Below are positions 63,904 through 64,000 of a stretch of 64,000 bases of DNA, piece after piece. Each line of letters begins with the position of its first letter. Position 1 is the stretch's first letter. Below the pieces are notes generated by a model. It searched no databases. It was not told the DNA's origin and was given only the letters and a program-made list of their open reading frames with translations. The stretch is from assembly GCA_043716935.1 (NCBI GenBank), contig JAYSXW010000004.1, positions 2,399 to 66,398 of the forward strand, in the 5' to 3' direction. The position numbers and the translations under genes are program-made. This DNA is from Pseudonocardia sp. (GTDB lineage Bacteria; Actinomycetota; Actinomycetes; Mycobacteriales; Pseudonocardiaceae).

Positions 63904-64000
63904 TGCTCCCCGTCCTCCTCACTGCTGCTCCTACGGCGTGCACAACACGATCCCAGCAGCGGACATTCCATGCCGGACAGGGCCCTACCGGCCGATCACG

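Noticed and set aside
63985-64000. 3' end (..VIGR-stop) of an upstream minus-strand gene, possibly the anti-sigma rsmA by synteny
   Set aside because: Only five codons visible

Overview
High-GC actinobacterial chromosome segment, Pseudonocardia-like by gene content and order (inferred, not database-checked), spanning the replication origin. From about 41.5 kb to the end lies the canonical oriC neighbourhood. On the minus strand: tRNA-Ala, a DLW-39 small protein, tRNA-Ile, DUF3566, gyrA, gyrB, dciA, recF, gnd, dnaN, oriC and dnaA. Then rpmH, rnpA, yidD, yidC, jag, rsmG, parA, parB and a GNAT on plus, and cwlM, trxA and trxB on minus. At 22.3-35 kb are tRNA-Leu and the conserved fhaA-fhaB-pstP-rodA-pbpA-pknA-pknB cluster, followed by pabA/trpG, crgA, a PH-domain protein, a rhomboid protease and ppiA. 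The accessory blocks (1-22 kb and 35-41.5 kb) hold a LytS/LytR pair flanking an S49 peptidase, Fpg/Nei, three TetR regulators, a TM0106-type nuclease and a copper locus (His-rich RGPP-ending membrane ORF, ycnI, copC, copD). They also hold an ADH-amidohydrolase-DUF59 triad of the kind that normally accompanies propane/di-iron monooxygenases, a DUF2231-Rieske plus ferredoxin pair, and a decayed IS5-like element. Many accessory genes carry internal deletions or frameshifts while core genes are intact. Best leads: (1) a candidate ribosome-arrest (RGPP) copper-sensing leader upstream of ycnI-copC-copD; (2) satellite DnaA-box clusters at crgA and at recF/dciA; (3) the orphan monooxygenase-accessory triad; (4) ongoing accessory-gene erosion; (5) two readable TetR operator/promoter architectures and two unannotated small ORFs. 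No CRISPR array, rRNA or prophage was seen. All family calls come from motif recognition, not searches.
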